This document shows, in pieces, positions 1 through 12,782 of a DNA stretch of 42,516 nucleotides. The translations under genes were made by a program, and so were the position numbers. Position 1 is the first letter of the stretch, and the number at the start of each line of letters is the position of its first letter. The notes below the pieces were generated by a model. The model saw only the letters and a list, made by a program, of their open reading frames with translations. It was not told the DNA's origin and did no database searches. Source of the stretch: Chiloscyllium plagiosum (taxonomy: Eukaryota); the NCBI RefSeq assembly GCF_004010195.1, contig NC_057746.1, positions 1,323,282 through 1,365,797 of the forward strand. The letters are read 5' to 3'.

Positions 1-190
1 CCCTCAGAAAATGAACAGGAAATGACATCACCACAAACCCCAGGAACCCCATCCAGGACAAAGATATAAATAGAAAGCAGGAGACAACAGCTTCGCTTCA
101 CTTGGAGGTCACCACTGATGATGTTACCTAGCCAGGTAATGAAACGTCTGGATATCAAACCTACAGCTCAGCGAGCAAACCTACACCCTA
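1..190 (+). mobile_element. Penelope-like element (PLE) terminal repeat / 3' end, cut by the window start
   Basis: Contains CTGATGATGTTACCTAG...GAAACGTCTG, a hammerhead-bearing motif typical of PLE pseudo-LTRs. Family assigned from recall, not from a search. Confidence 0.65.
112..151 (+). ncRNA. Minimal type I hammerhead ribozyme motif
   Basis: Stem I CCA(112-114)/TGG(149-151); core CTGATGA 115-121 plus one extra T; stem II GTTACCT(123-129)/AGGTAAT(134-140) with loop AGCC; GAAA 141-144; palindromic ACGT mini stem III; predicted cleavage after GTC (C148). Confidence 0.75.
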
Positions 191-329
191 AGTCTATACT
201 ATATAGATAGCATGTCTCCTATATAGGATGCACAAAAGCTGAGTCAGTAGCCACTGATTTCTGTGGCACACTACGTTTACATCTTACCAATCAGAACATG
301 AGCCATTTTAGCCTATTCCTGTTAAGTGA

Positions 330-1100
330 TTGAGCAAAGATCTACCAAGTGGAAAATAATGTGGGAAAACATGAAATTATCTACTTTGACAGAAAAGAGA
401 TATATTATCTAAATGGTGCAAGATTGCAGAACTCTGATGTACGGAGGAATCTATGTGTTCTTGCAAATGAATCACAGAAGGTTAGTGTGCAACATGTAAT
501 TAGGAAACCCAATGCATTTTACTGTTTACAAACAAGGAGAATTGTACACAAAAGTAGGGAGGTTACAGAGGGCATTTAAGAGACTGCATCTGAGCACAAT
601 ATTGGTCTCTGTATTTAGGAAGAATGTAAATTTAGGAAGAAAGCAGTTCAGAGAACTTGCTGGACCAATATTTGGAATGGATGGGTTCCCCTTTAAGTAA
701 GTTTTAGCTAATCTAGGTTTGTGTTGATGGACTAAGAAGTAATTGAACTGAAACAACGAAGTTTCTGAGGGGTCTTGACAGGCTGGATGTTGAAACGATA
801 TTTCCTCTTGTGGAAGAATCAAGACCTAGTTTTAAAAATTAGAGTTAAAGTGCATTTAAAAACAGGCATTATCCATTAAAGACAAAATATGGTAATATGT
901 TTCCCCTCAGAGGATTGCAAGTCTTTGGAATTATTTTCCTGAAAATGTGGTGGAAGCAGAGTCCTTGACTGTAGCTAAGGCAGAGGAGAATAGATTCTTG
1001 ATAAGCAAGAGGGTGAAAAATTACCAGGACTTGGAACTGTGGAGTAATTTCATCAGCAACTATCTTATTCCTGCTTCTAACTCCTATGTTTCTATGTATA
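330..1100 (+). mobile_element. Heavily degraded CR1-type LINE 3' fragment
   Basis: Remnants such as NVGKHEIIYF / YYLNG and a CR1-like 3' tail; many stops and frameshifts. Confidence 0.55.
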
Positions 1101-1947
1101 ATGAGCATTACATTAAATATAATTCCAGGTTAGGTAATTTTAAAAAATACAGATTCTATTCATACCATCCTTAGCAGTTGTACTATGCAAAATTGTTTTA
1201 TAAAAATAGGCGGATAAACCTGTTAAATAGCTTTCAATGTGTATTATTTCAACAGACCTAATACACAGCTTAACAAAAATCAAATTTAGTGACATTAAAG
1301 TCGAGTTAAAGATGTTTTTAACCAGAAGATGTATTTGAAAGCTAATGGCTTTGTGCAATAAAGCAATAATTAGTATTTAAACCTGTCAAATTCTGAGAAA
1401 AGAAAACTATGTTCATTCTGTCCATTCCCATCCACTGCAGAACGTCGATACCCTGCTGAAAATAAAAGACAGGCTCTTTACGATTCTCCCCCCCCCCGCC
1501 AAACATCATGATGTAAATAAGCTCCTTAATGGGATGGTGACCTGTTCAGGGCACTATTGGGAAAATGCAGAAAGGCAGAGACTGGTCAGCATAGTGACCA
1601 TATTGTTCATCATTCCACTTCCATTCTAGAAGAATTTCCAGCTTGTTTTTCACCCTGAATTGTTTAGTTTCTGCCTGTAGATGTATTGTTTTGTTTTCTA
1701 AATTTCCAATGTATTGGAGCAAGGTTTCGCAACAGTCATGTGAATTTATTATTTTCACCAAATGTTAATGATTATAGGGTCATAGAGATTTACAGCACAG
1801 AATAAGGCCCTTCACCCTATTGTGTCCATGCTAGTCAAAAATAACCCCATAACTTTTCTAATCCCATTTCCAGCACTGGTCCATACTCTTGTAAGCCTCG
1901 GCATATGCTATGAGAGACTCATTCTTGTCCTGCCTCTTTCTTTACAG

Positions 1948-2093
1948 AACCTGAAGTACCTGAGGAACAGTCTGGTCCTGGGACAGTGATCTGTGTTCTG
2001 GGAATCATCCTGGGAATTATCAGTGCTGTTGTGGGGGTCATCTTACTGATTAAAGAGAGACAGCGGCTGCAGGCTCAGCAACACGGCATCTAG
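1948..2093 (+). CDS. MHC class II alpha chain (shark DAA/DBA-like), gene A: connecting peptide-TM-cytoplasmic exon (exon 4)
   Basis: Acceptor tctttctttacAG (1946-47), phase 1. Encodes (E)PEVPEEQSGPGTVICVLGIILGIISAVVGVILLIKERQRLQAQQHGI* with TAG at 2091-93 and a GTAAGT donor at 2096. Has the class II alpha CxxGxxxG TM motif and matches the exon spliced to the alpha-2 exon in gene B. Upstream exons lie before the window. Confidence 0.92.
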
Positions 2094-2394
2094 GGGTAAG
2101 TACAGGGTACAGTGTCTGTGTGTACAATTAGTGCTCATGGAAGAGTCAACATTCATTCAGTTATGCAACAAGAGAACTATGTGCAATTAGAATGAAGGCT
2201 CAATCAGACTATTCCTGACTGTTGGTTACTAAACCCTGGCAGCAATGTGCACAGATAAGGACAAGCCAAAAACAGATTTTATACCCATGTTAATACATGA
2301 CAGATGAACAGTTGGTACTTGGATAAAGTGCTGAGCTCAACCTTCAGAAGACCATAATAATGTTTGGCGGAGAGTCTAGACTCTCATAAAAGGA

Positions 2395-2673
2395 ACAACT
2401 TTATACCCAAAAGCTGGACAGTAGGTTTTTTTCTCTTTATTGACATTTACATGAGGTTTTAATCTGCTGTAATTTTTGAGATCTGTTTTGTTAATGTTTG
2501 TGTTTTGTTTTTAATTTGTGAGATGTTGGTGTTACAACTTTATACCCAAAAGCTGGACAGTAGTGTTGATTTCTCTTTATTGACATTTACATGAGGTTTT
2601 AATCTGCTGTAATTTTTGAGATCTGTTTTGTTAATGTTTGTGTTTTGTTTTTAATTTGTGAGATGTTGGTGTT
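2395..2673. repeat. Two-copy tandem duplication, ~139-140 nt unit
   Basis: ACAACTTTATACCCAAAAGCTGG...GAGATGTTGGTGTT at 2395-2533 and 2534-2673, nearly identical. Confidence 0.9.
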
Positions 2674-2679
2674 GTTTCC

Positions 2680-4455
2680 TGGTCAGCATTTATTGCCCAT
2701 CCCTCGTTGCCCTTGAGAAGGTGGTGCTGAGCTACCTTCTTGAACTGCTGCAGTTCATGTGCTATAGGTTGACACACAATGTCAATAAGGAGGGAATTCT
2801 TGGAATTTGACCCATGACAGTGAAGGAACGGCAACATACTTCCAAGTCAGGATGGTGAGTAGCTGACAGGGGAATTTGAAGGTGGTCATGTTCATGTGTA
2901 TCTGCTGCCCTTGTCCTTGTAGATGAAAGTGGCCGTGGGATTGGAAGGTGCTGTCTGAGGATCTTTGGTGAATTTCTGGATCATTTTGTAGGTAGTACTC
3001 ACTGTTGCTACTGAACATCAATTAAATGGGCTGCTTTGTCTTGGATTGTGTCAAGCTTCTTGAGTGTTGTTGGAGCAGCACTTACCCAGGCAAGAGGGGA
3101 GTATTCCATCACACTCCTGACGTGTGCATTGTAGATGGTGGACAGGCTTGGAGATTCAGGAAATGAGTTACTTGCTGCAGTATTCCTAGCGTCAAAGCTG
3201 CTCTAGTAGCTACAGTGTTTATGTGGCAAGTCCAATTCAGTTTATGGTCAATGTTATGCCCCTGCAGGATGTTGGTAGTGGGGGATTCAGTGATGGTAAC
3301 ACCATTAAATGTCAAAGTGCAGTGGTTAGATTGTCTGTTGTTTGTGATGGTCATAGCCTGGCATTTGTGTGGCATGAATATTGTCCAGATTTTGTTGCAT
3401 TGGAATATGGACTGCTTCAGTATCTGAGGAGACATGACTGTTGCTGAACATTGTGCAATCATCAGCGAACATTTCTGCTTCTGACAATATGATGCAGGAA
3501 AGGTCATTGATGAAGCAGCTGAAGATGGTTTGGCCTAAGACACTATCCTGAGGGACTCCTGCAAAGATGTCCTGGAGCTGAGATGACTGACTCTCCACAA
3601 CCACAACATTTTCCTACGTGTCAGGTATAACTCTAGCCAGTGGAGCATTCCCCCCGCCCTGATTACTATTGATTTGAGTTTTGCGAGGGATCCTTGAAGC
3701 CACATTTGGTCGAATGTGGCTTTGATGTCAAGAGCTGTCACTCTCACCTCACCAAGTTTAGGCCAAGGCTGTAATGAGGTCAGGAGCTGAGTGGCCCTAC
3801 TGGAACCCAAACTGGGGTCACTGAGCAGGTTATTGCTGAGCAGGTGCTGCTTGATAGCACTGGTGGTGACGGTCTTCCATCACTTTAATGATGATCGGGT
3901 GTAGACTGATGGGGTAGTAATTAGCCAGGTTGGATTGGTCCCACTTTTTGTGTAAAGGACATAGCTGGGAAATTTTTCACATTGTCAGATAGATGACAAT
4001 GTGAAAACGGTACAGGAACAGCTTGGCTAGGAGAGTGGCAAGTTCTGGAGCACACATCTTCAGTAATATTGCCAGAATGTTGTCAGGGCCCATAGCCTTT
4101 CCAGTATCCAGTGTCTCCAGACATTCCTTGACACCACATGGACCGAATCAAATTAGCTGAAGAATGGTGTCTGTAATGCTACGGAACCACTGGAGGAGGC
4201 TGATATCACTCAGTACTTCTGACTTAAGATTGCTGCAAAAGCTTCAGCCTTATCTTTTGCACTGATGTAATGGGCTCTTCCATCATGGAAAATGGTGATA
4301 TTTGTGGAGCCTCTTCCTCCAGTTTCATCACCACCACCATCACAACTGGAAGTGGCAAGACTTCAGAGCTTACATCTGATCTATTGATTGTGGGATCGCT
4401 TAACTCTATCACTTCCTGCTAATGCTGTTTGGCATGCAAGTAGTCCTGATTGGTG
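2680..4455 (-). mobile_element. Decayed non-LTR retrotransposon (CR1/L2 group) RT region and 3' end
   Basis: Minus-strand ORF pieces ALDIKATFDQMW and GVPQDSVLGQTIFSCFINDL...MFADDCT (RT motifs), broken by frameshifts. Confidence 0.85.
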
Positions 4456-6066
4456 GTATCACATTTATATAAATGATTTGGATGTGAACACAGGAAGTGT
4501 AGTTAGTAAGTTTGCAGACAACACCAAGATTGGAGGTGTAGTGGTCAGTGAAGACGTTTACCTCAGAATGCTTCGGGATCTTGATCAGATGGGCTACTGG
4601 GCTGAGGAGTGGCAAATGGAGCTTAATTTAGATAAATGTGAGGTGCTGCATTTTGGAAAGTTAAATCAGGGGAGGACTTATACACTTACTGGCAAGGTCC
4701 TGGGGAGTGTTGCTGAACAACCTTCGAGTGCAGGTTCAAGTTCCTTGAAAGTAAAGTCACAGGTAGATCGGATAGTGAAGAAGGCATTTGGTATGCTTTC
4801 CTTTATTGGTCAGAACATTGAATATAGGAGTTGGGAGGTCATGTTGTAGCGGTATAGGACATTGACTCAGCCATTTTTGAAATATTGTATGTAATTCTTC
4901 TCAGCTACAGGAAGGATGTTGTGAAACTTGAAAGGGTTTGGAAAGATTTACAAGGATGTTTGCTCTTATGGACCAGGCCAGATCCCCTCAAAACATTTCA
5001 AGAAAATAGCCCAGATCCTAACTTTGCTTGCTGTTTTAAGCAGGTGTAATGTGGATATTCCAGGAGTGATGCAGCTGGTCAAACCACTTAGTTTTAAACA
5101 AAACAGAATTTATTTACAAGATTACCGAATGAAATACAAACAAAACAAAACAGAATATAGAATAACAATCTATCCAAAACCCAAGAGATTATCCCAACTT
5201 AATGATGCTGTTCCAAATTCCTGCAAGAATCCCTATAAACACCCCTTGGCACAAATGGTAAAATCAAACACAGGATCTTATAGGACAGAAAGAGATGGCA
5301 GCATGGAACACCACCTTCCATGTAGCTGTTTCTTGGATCAGCAGTCTCACTGACTGTCAGCTTTCAGTGAACGGTCGGACTGTCAAAACCAAACCAAGCT
5401 GAACTGTGAGAACTGGCCTCTCCCCTTTCATTGTACATGTGTTTTTAAAAAACTGGAAAGCCTTTCACCTGAGGCAGTATCTATTTGCAATAATCAAACT
5501 GGCCCTAAAACCTTTCAGACCTAGACCTTTTCAGAACTGTTGCTTTTATGACTTCTCTGAATAAAAAAGCCAAGGACATAACCTTGTTAGAGGAGCAGCA
5601 TTATCTCATGCCAGGATTGGAGGATTTAAGCTATAGGGAGAGGCTGAACAGGCTGGGTCTGTTTTTCCTGGAGCATCGGAGGCTGAGGGGTGACCTTAGA
5701 AGTTTATAAAATTATGAGGGGCATGGATAGGGTAAATAGGCAACGTCTTTTCCCTGGGATGGGGGAGTCCCGAACTAGAGGGAATAGGTTTAGGGTAAGA
5801 GGGGAAAGATATAAAAGAGACCTCAAGGTCAACTTTTTCATGGAGAGAGTGGTGCATATATGGAGCTGTCAGAGGAAGTGGTGGAGGCTGGTACAATTGC
5901 AGCATTTAAAGGCGGCTGGATGTGTATATAACTAAAAAGGGTTTAGATGGATATGGACAAAATGCTGGCAAATGGGACGAGATTTATTGAGAATATCTGA
6001 TCAGCAAGGACAAGTTCGACTAAAGGATCTGTTTCTGTGTTGTACATTTCTATGACTCTATGATTC
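4456..6066 (+). mobile_element. CR1/HER1-like LINE 3' portion, inserted into the minus-strand LINE and itself interrupted
   Basis: IYINDLD...SKFADNTKIGG, WQMELNLDKCEVLHFG, EVYKIMRGMDRV; (TCTATGA)-like tail near 6050-6066. Confidence 0.9.
4961..5608. mobile_element. Solo-LTR-like insertion (~650 nt) inside the CR1
   Basis: Splits CR1 AGGATGTT|GCCAGG; begins TG and ends CA; non-coding. Exact ends and TSD are uncertain. Confidence 0.55.
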
Positions 6067-6760
6067 TATGGCACCTCATCTTCAGGCATACCTGGTGCTG
6101 ATCCTGACACGCTGTCCTGCACTATCCATTGAACCAGTGTTGATGGTAATGGCTGAGTGGGTAATATGCCAGGCCATGGTGTTGCAGATTTTACTTGAGT
6201 ACAATTCTGCTGCTGTTGATGGTCCACAGTGCCTCATTGATGTCCAGTCTTGAGTTGCTAGATATGTTTGAAGTCTGTACCATTGAGCACGGTGATAGTG
6301 TCACACAGCACAATGGAGGTTACTTTCGATGTGAAGGTGGGACTTTGACTCCATAAGGACTGTGTGGTGGTCTCTCCTACTGATACTGTAATGGGCAAAT
6401 GCATCTGCAGCTGGCAGATTGGCAAGGATGAGATCGAGTATGTTTTTCCCTCTTGTGGATTCCCTCACAACCTGCTGCAGACCCAGTCTTGCAGCTGGGT
6501 CCTTTAGGATTTGAGCAGCTCGATCAGTGGTACTGCTGCCAAGCCACTGTTGGTGGTAAATATTGAAATCCCCCACCCAGAATACATTTTTCATCCTTGC
6601 CACTCTCAGTGCTTCCTCTAAGTATAGTTCAATGTGGAAGAATTCTGATTCGTCAGCTGAGGGAGGGCAGTGTGTGGTAATCAGCAGGTTTCCTTAACCA
6701 TGTTTAACCTGAAGCCATGAGACTTCATGGGATCTGGAATCAGTGTTGAGAACTCCCAGG
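6067..6760 (-). mobile_element. AP-endonuclease region of the same minus-strand LINE
   Basis: WVGDFNIYHQQW...TRGKNILDLIL...DHHTV (GDFN, LDL and DH endonuclease motifs). Confidence 0.85.
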
Positions 6761-7284
6761 AGTTCCAAAGAATCAAAGTGGGCCCTTCAGCCAGTTTGCC
6801 TTGGCACTCAGCTACCTCTGAGTCTGCATCTGATTTTGTTCAAGGCAGTGAGACAAACACATCCTGCTCTCCTTCCATCCCCGGAACCTCTTCAGCAACT
6901 GACCAGGTTTTCCAGCTGCAGCCCCAAATCTTTCCTTATGATCATCTTTATTTATAAGATAGACATGAAGGTTTTGTTGGGAGCACCATACTGTCCAATC
7001 AAAATCCACCTTCAACTATAATTGCATAACGATATTTTGACTTCTCTGTCGAAACTATATGGTTAAATCCTGCCTTGGTAAGTTCCATATTTCTTAAACG
7101 TTTTCAAAGAAAAATTGCTAATGGAGTCAATGGCTCTGTATTTCAACCAACTGGTATCAGCTTTGATCATTTTCTCACAGCTCTCAAAGCACTGAATTAT
7201 CATTTTGTAAATATGTTCTGTGCCTCTGCCTTTTGTCTCTGTGATTGAGTTTCACAGTCCCCATTATAGACATCAAGAATCCAC

Positions 7285-8095
7285 TTTTAAAAAAAATGTA
7301 TTCATAGAATGTGGGAGTTGTTAGCTGGGCCAGCATTTATTGCCCGTCCTTTGCTGCCCTTGAGAAGGTGGTGGTGAGCTGCCTTCTTGAACCACTGCAG
7401 TTCCATATGCTGTGGATTGACCCCCAATGCTCTTAGAGAGAGAATTCCAGGAAATTGTCCCAGCAAAGGTGAAGGAACAGTGATATATTTCCAAATCAGG
7501 ATTTGAGTGGTTTGGAGAGGAATGTGCAGAGTGTGGTGCAGAGTGTGTATGTATCTGTAACTCTTGTCCTTCTAGATGGAAGTGGTCATGGGTTTAGAAG
7601 TTGCTAACAGCATTAATAGCTGAGTTATTGAGATTAGATTAGATTCCCTACAGTATGGAAACAGGCCCTTCGGCCCAACAAGTCCACACCGACCTTCCGA
7701 AGACGAACCCACCCAGATCCATTTTCCCTCTGACTAATGCATCTAACACTACAGGCAATTTCCCATGGCCAATTCACCTGACCTGTTTTAAAAAAAATGT
7801 ATTCATAGAATGTGGGAGTTGTTAGCTGGGCCAGCATTTATTGCCCGTTCTTCGCTGCCCTTGAGCTGCCTTCTTGAACCACTTCAGTTCCATATGCTGT
7901 GGATTGACCCCCAATGCCCTTAGGAAGAGAATTCCAGGAAATTGTCCCAGCAAAGGTGAAGGAACAGTGATATATTTCCAAGTCAGGGTTTGAGTGGTTT
8001 GGAGAGGAATGTGCAGAGTGTGGTGTCCCTATGTATCTGTAACTCTTGTCCTTCTAGATGGAAGTGATCATGGGTTTAGAAGTAGCTAACAGCAT
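7285..8095. repeat. ~310-330 nt direct duplication of a LINE 3' end, separated by a SINE fragment
   Basis: TTTTAAAAAAAATGTATTCATAGAATG...GCTAACAGCAT at 7285-7613 and 7786-8095; the second copy ends at the gap. Confidence 0.85.
7632..7785 (-). mobile_element. HE1/V-SINE-like SINE, 3' half
   Basis: Reverse complement reads ...GTGAATTGGCCATG..AAATTGCC..TAGTGT...GGGCCGAAGGGCCTGTTTCCATACTGTAGGGAATCTAATCTAATCT, i.e. a V-domain-like core and a CR1-type tail. Confidence 0.7.
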
Positions 8096-8595
8096 NNNNN
8101 NNNNNNNNNNNNNNNNNNNNNNNNNNNNNNNNNNNNNNNNNNNNNNNNNNNNNNNNNNNNNNNNNNNNNNNNNNNNNNNNNNNNNNNNNNNNNNNNNNNN
8201 NNNNNNNNNNNNNNNNNNNNNNNNNNNNNNNNNNNNNNNNNNNNNNNNNNNNNNNNNNNNNNNNNNNNNNNNNNNNNNNNNNNNNNNNNNNNNNNNNNNN
8301 NNNNNNNNNNNNNNNNNNNNNNNNNNNNNNNNNNNNNNNNNNNNNNNNNNNNNNNNNNNNNNNNNNNNNNNNNNNNNNNNNNNNNNNNNNNNNNNNNNNN
8401 NNNNNNNNNNNNNNNNNNNNNNNNNNNNNNNNNNNNNNNNNNNNNNNNNNNNNNNNNNNNNNNNNNNNNNNNNNNNNNNNNNNNNNNNNNNNNNNNNNNN
8501 NNNNNNNNNNNNNNNNNNNNNNNNNNNNNNNNNNNNNNNNNNNNNNNNNNNNNNNNNNNNNNNNNNNNNNNNNNNNNNNNNNNNNNNNNNNNNNN
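8096..8595. other. Assembly gap (500 N)
   Basis: Run of N. Confidence 1.
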
Positions 8596-9035
8596 AGGAA
8601 TGCTTGATGCTGCTCCTGGCATGCCCTCCTGCACTCTCCATTGAATGAGGGTTGATCCCCTGGTTTGATGGTAATGGTTGACTGGGGGATATGCTGGACC
8701 ATGAGGTTACAGATTGTGTTGGACTGAATTCTGCTCTGATGATGCACCACAGCACTTCATGGATGCCCAGTTCTGAGTTGCTAGATCTGTTTGAAGTCTG
8801 TCCCATTTAGTATAGTGATAGTGCCACACAACACAATGAAGGTTATTCTCAACATGAAGGTGGGACTTTGTCTTCACAAGTGCTGTGGACAGATGCATCT
8901 GCAGCTGACAAATTGGGATGGATGATGTTAAGTATGTTTTTCCCTCTTGTTGGTTCCCTCACCACCTGCCGCAGACCCAGTCTAGCAGCTATGTCCTTTA
9001 GGACCTGACCAGATCCATTAGTAGTACTAGTGGTA

Positions 9036-9381
9036 CAGGTACACAATCTTTTATCCGAAATGCCAAAATCCGAAAAGCTCCGAAATCCAAAGATTTTGTC
9101 GTGAACAATTTTCTGCATAACAAGGTTGTTTGGCGTGTGAACATTTAACCCAACTCCACACCCAGTGGCCCCACATCACTCAGATGCGATGTAGTGGTGT
9201 GGCCCAGCATTGGGAGGTGTTAATTGTGTCTTAGTGCTCAAAATAGTCACAGCTGCGTCTGCTCTTCAGTAACCTTTCTAATATTTCACTGTGAAAATGT
9301 CATTTATTCTGAAGTCCGAAAAATTCCAAATTCTGAAAAAAAGCTGGTCCCGAGGGTTTCAGATAAAGGATTGTGTACCTG
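9036..9381. mobile_element. Non-autonomous Tc1/mariner-pogo (Tigger-like) MITE, 346 nt
   Basis: TIRs CAGGTACACAATCTTTTATCCGAAA / TTTCAGATAAAGGATTGTGTACCTG, with TA on both sides (9034-35, 9382-83). Confidence 0.85.
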
Positions 9382-9419
9382 TATTTTTGCTGAACTATTA
9401 ATGGAAAACTTCAGCCAAT

Positions 9420-9700
9420 GTTCTGGGAACCCGGATTCAAACCCCACCACGGCAGGTGGTGGAATTCAAATTCAATTTTAAAAAGAAATCCGGAATTAAG
9501 TATCTAATGATGACCATAAAACCATTGTCAATTGTTAGAAAAACCCACCTGGTTCACTAATGTCCTTCAGGGAAGGAAATCTGCCATCCTTACCTGATTT
9601 GCCCTACATGTGACTCCAGAGCACCAGCAATTGGGTTGACTCTCAACTGCCCTCTGAAACGGCTTAGCAAGCCAATTCAGTTGTACCAATCGCTACAAAG
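9420..9700 (+). mobile_element. SINE-like element with conserved central domain (second copy ~12820-13100)
   Basis: B-box-like GGATTCAAACCCC and core GGTTCACTAATGTCCTTCAGGGAAGGAAATCTGCC; a diverged homolog occurs at 27795-28180. Confidence 0.55.
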
Positions 9701-10959
9701 TCTCAAAGAAATTGAACTGGACGGATTGCCTGGCATCAGCCCAGGTGCTGGAAAAGAGCTTGCAAAGGCCTCCCTACTAACATCTGGGGAGTTGGTGCCA
9801 AAATTGTCATTCAACAGCATGATATAGTCATACTCACTGAATCCTACCTTACAGACAATGACCCAGACACTATCACCATCCCGAGATATGTCTTGTCTCA
9901 CTTGGCAAAAGTAGGTACTACAGATGCTGGGGATTAGAGTCAAGATTAGAATGGTGTTGGAAAAGCACAGCAAGTTTTTTCCTGCTCCTCTGATGCTGCC
10001 TGACCTGCTGTGCTTTTTCAGCACGACTCTAATGATTGCTGTCTCACTGTCAGGACAGACTCAGCAGAGGTGGTAGGATAGTGGGATACAGTCAGGAGGG
10101 AGTCGCTCTGGGAGCACAACATTGACTCCAGACCTCATGAAGTCTTGCGTCTTCAGGTTAAATATGGCAACATAACCTCCGGCTGATTACTATGTACTGT
10201 CCTGATGAATCTGTACTCCTCCATGTTGAACAACACTTGAAGGAAGCCGGCTGCAGAAATATCTGTCCATATTGGTATCGGTAAGAGCAACCACCGCACA
10301 CTCCTTGTAGAGTCAAAGTCCTGTCTTCACATTGAGAATACCCTCCATTGTGTTGTGTAGCATTTTCACTGTGCTAAATAGAACAGACTTCGAACAGATC
10401 TAGCAACTCAAGACTGGGCATGCATGAGACGCTGTGCGCCATCAACAGCAGCAGAACTGTAACCTCATGGCCCGGCACATTCCCCACTCAACCATTACCA
10501 TAAGCCGGGGGATCAACCCTGGTTCAATAGAGAGTTGAGGAGGGCATGCCAGGATCAGCACCAGATAGACCTGAAGATGAGGTGTCAACCTTGTGAACCA
10601 CTTGCATGTCAGGCAGCATGAGCTGCAAGAGACAGACAAAGTTAATTGATCCCACAACCAATGGATCAGATCTGAGTTCTGCAGTCCTGTCACATCCAGC
10701 CGTGAATTAGAGGTGGACAATTAAACAACTCACTCTTTTTTTCTTTACTCAGATTCAATTCTCGACTGAGGAGATTCTAATCTTCTGCTTATATTTTTTT
10801 CTCTCAGAAAATAAAACCCCATAGTACATATTGGCTATGGCCAGCCAGCTCAGAGTCAGTCCTCACGGGTGTAGAAGTTAATCTCCTGGTTATTTTTTTT
10901 TCTCCCCGATTAAACAACTCACTGGAAGAGGAGGCTTCTATTAATATCCCCATACTCAA

Positions 10960-11653
10960 TGTTATTAAGTTGTAGGCATGTACTATACCTTTAAGAAAGC
11001 ATGAATGCTGGCAAGCACCTAGTTTACTAGAAAATTGAAAGTATGTAACATTTGGCTGTGAAACAACTACCAGAGCTTGTGGTTGCTATGTTTTCAAAAG
11101 AATTTGAATTTAGCTAATCAGTTTTAATTTTGCCCCAAGATACTAAAACCCAATCAAATTTGAATTTTAATGTTTTGACCACATCAAACCAATTAGATGA
11201 TCCAATGTTTTAAGGTATAAAAACAGGCATTTTTGACAGTTAGCCATTGTCATCCAGACTGCCCGCAACCCTTCTCTCTGAAAGGTACCCTTTTTCACAT
11301 GAAAAATCTTTACAGCAGGAAACCTAAATAACACAGGGAAACAAAGGAAGATCAACACCAGAAACCAGGCAGCTGGTGTTAGGTTTTGAAAATTAAGCTG
11401 ACGTAAATTTAATAGGGGCTTTATTGGATCAGTATATTGCTATAGAGTGGGAGGTAGATACGTTATTAAGAGAAAGGAGCCTTACATTTGTAAATAATTA
11501 TTGTTTAATGTTCTCCTTTGGAGTTAAAGATTTTCTTTAAACAGTGGAATTTGGGAGTTCCCTGTCACTTATACTTTAACAGATTATGAGGCGAATTGAG
11601 CTTTTCTGGGTGTTTGGTTTAATTAGTAGAAGGTTTTACCCCGTATCATAATA
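10960..11653. mobile_element. Solo-LTR-like insertion in a LINE (second copy ~14978-15671)
   Basis: Starts TGTTAT, ends CCCCGTATCATAATA and interrupts LINE sequence; related to the element at 36974. Confidence 0.45.
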
Positions 11654-12436
11654 CTGAATGATGGGTCAGCATGCTGGAATGTATTGTAAGATCATTACTG
11701 TTCCTAACTCATGATGCAATCACCTGGCTCCACATAGGAAACTTAGCCTCCCTTGTCAAGAGTATCACTCCTTTTGGACAATAAACCTCATCTAAAAACC
11801 TCTTCCGCCTGACCTATTGGAGTGTTGAAGAGCTCTAGTCTTTTTTTTTCCTCATCATGTCTTTTTTTCTATTTCACGTTGGTTTTGGGAGATATTCTCG
11901 TACAGCTTGGGATTTTTAAAAGCTCCCAGGATTCATGTAATTGGGATTTGAGGGTAAGGATGGACAGATGGGTTTGGTGCTCACCTCATCCTCACTGGCC
12001 TTCCTAGTCATAGATTCACAGAGGCACATAGCACGAATTCATAGATCCTTCAGCCCAACTTGTCCATACCGACCAGGTTTTGCTAAACCGAACTCGTCCC
12101 ACCTGTAAGCATTTGACCCATATTTCTCTAAACATATTCTATCTATGTACCTGTCCAAATATCATTTAAATATTGTAATCGCACAGACCTTGGCCACTTC
12201 CTCTGGGCGGTCATTTCATATACACACCACCCTCTGTGTGAACAAGTTGCCCCTCAGGTCCCTTTTAAATTTTTTCCTTTGCACCCCAAACCTATGCCCT
12301 CTAGTTCTGGAAATTGGGAAGGATGATGTTAAGTATGTTTTTCCCTCTTGTTGGTTCCCTCACCACCTGCCGCAGACCCAGTCTAGCAGCTATGTCCTTT
12401 AGGACCTGACCAGATCCATTAGTAGTACTAGTGGTA

Positions 12437-12782
12437 CAGGTACACAATCTTTTATCCGAAATGCCAAAATCCGAAAAGCTCCGAAATCCAAAGATTTTGT
12501 CGTGAACAATTTTCTGCATAACAAGGTTGTTTGGCGTGTGAACATTTAACCCAACTCCACACCCAGTGGCCCCACATCACTCAGATGCGATGTAGTGGCG
12601 TGGCCCAGCACTGGGAGGCGTTAATTGTGTCTCAGTGCTCGAAATAGTCAGAGCTGCGTCTGCTCTTCGGTAACCTTTCTAATATTTCACTGTGAAAATG
12701 TCATTTATTCTGAAGTCCGAAAAATTCCAAATTCTGAAAAAAAGCTGGTCCCGAGGGTTTCAGATAAAGGATTGTGTACCTG
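12437..12782. mobile_element. Duplicate copy of the Tigger-like MITE
   Basis: Same TIRs and TA flanks as 9036-9381. Confidence 0.85.

Noticed and set aside
6760-7280. Unique-looking block with short ORFs on both strands
   Set aside because: It has no recognisable motif or supported exon boundaries; left uncalled.
8054-8806. ORFs of 180-250 aa
   Set aside because: They are inflated by the 500-N gap; the real residues are LINE-derived.
9036-9381. Treating the MITE as another fold-back ribozyme element
   Set aside because: It has short TIRs, a TA duplication and no hammerhead core; it is an ordinary DNA-transposon derivative.
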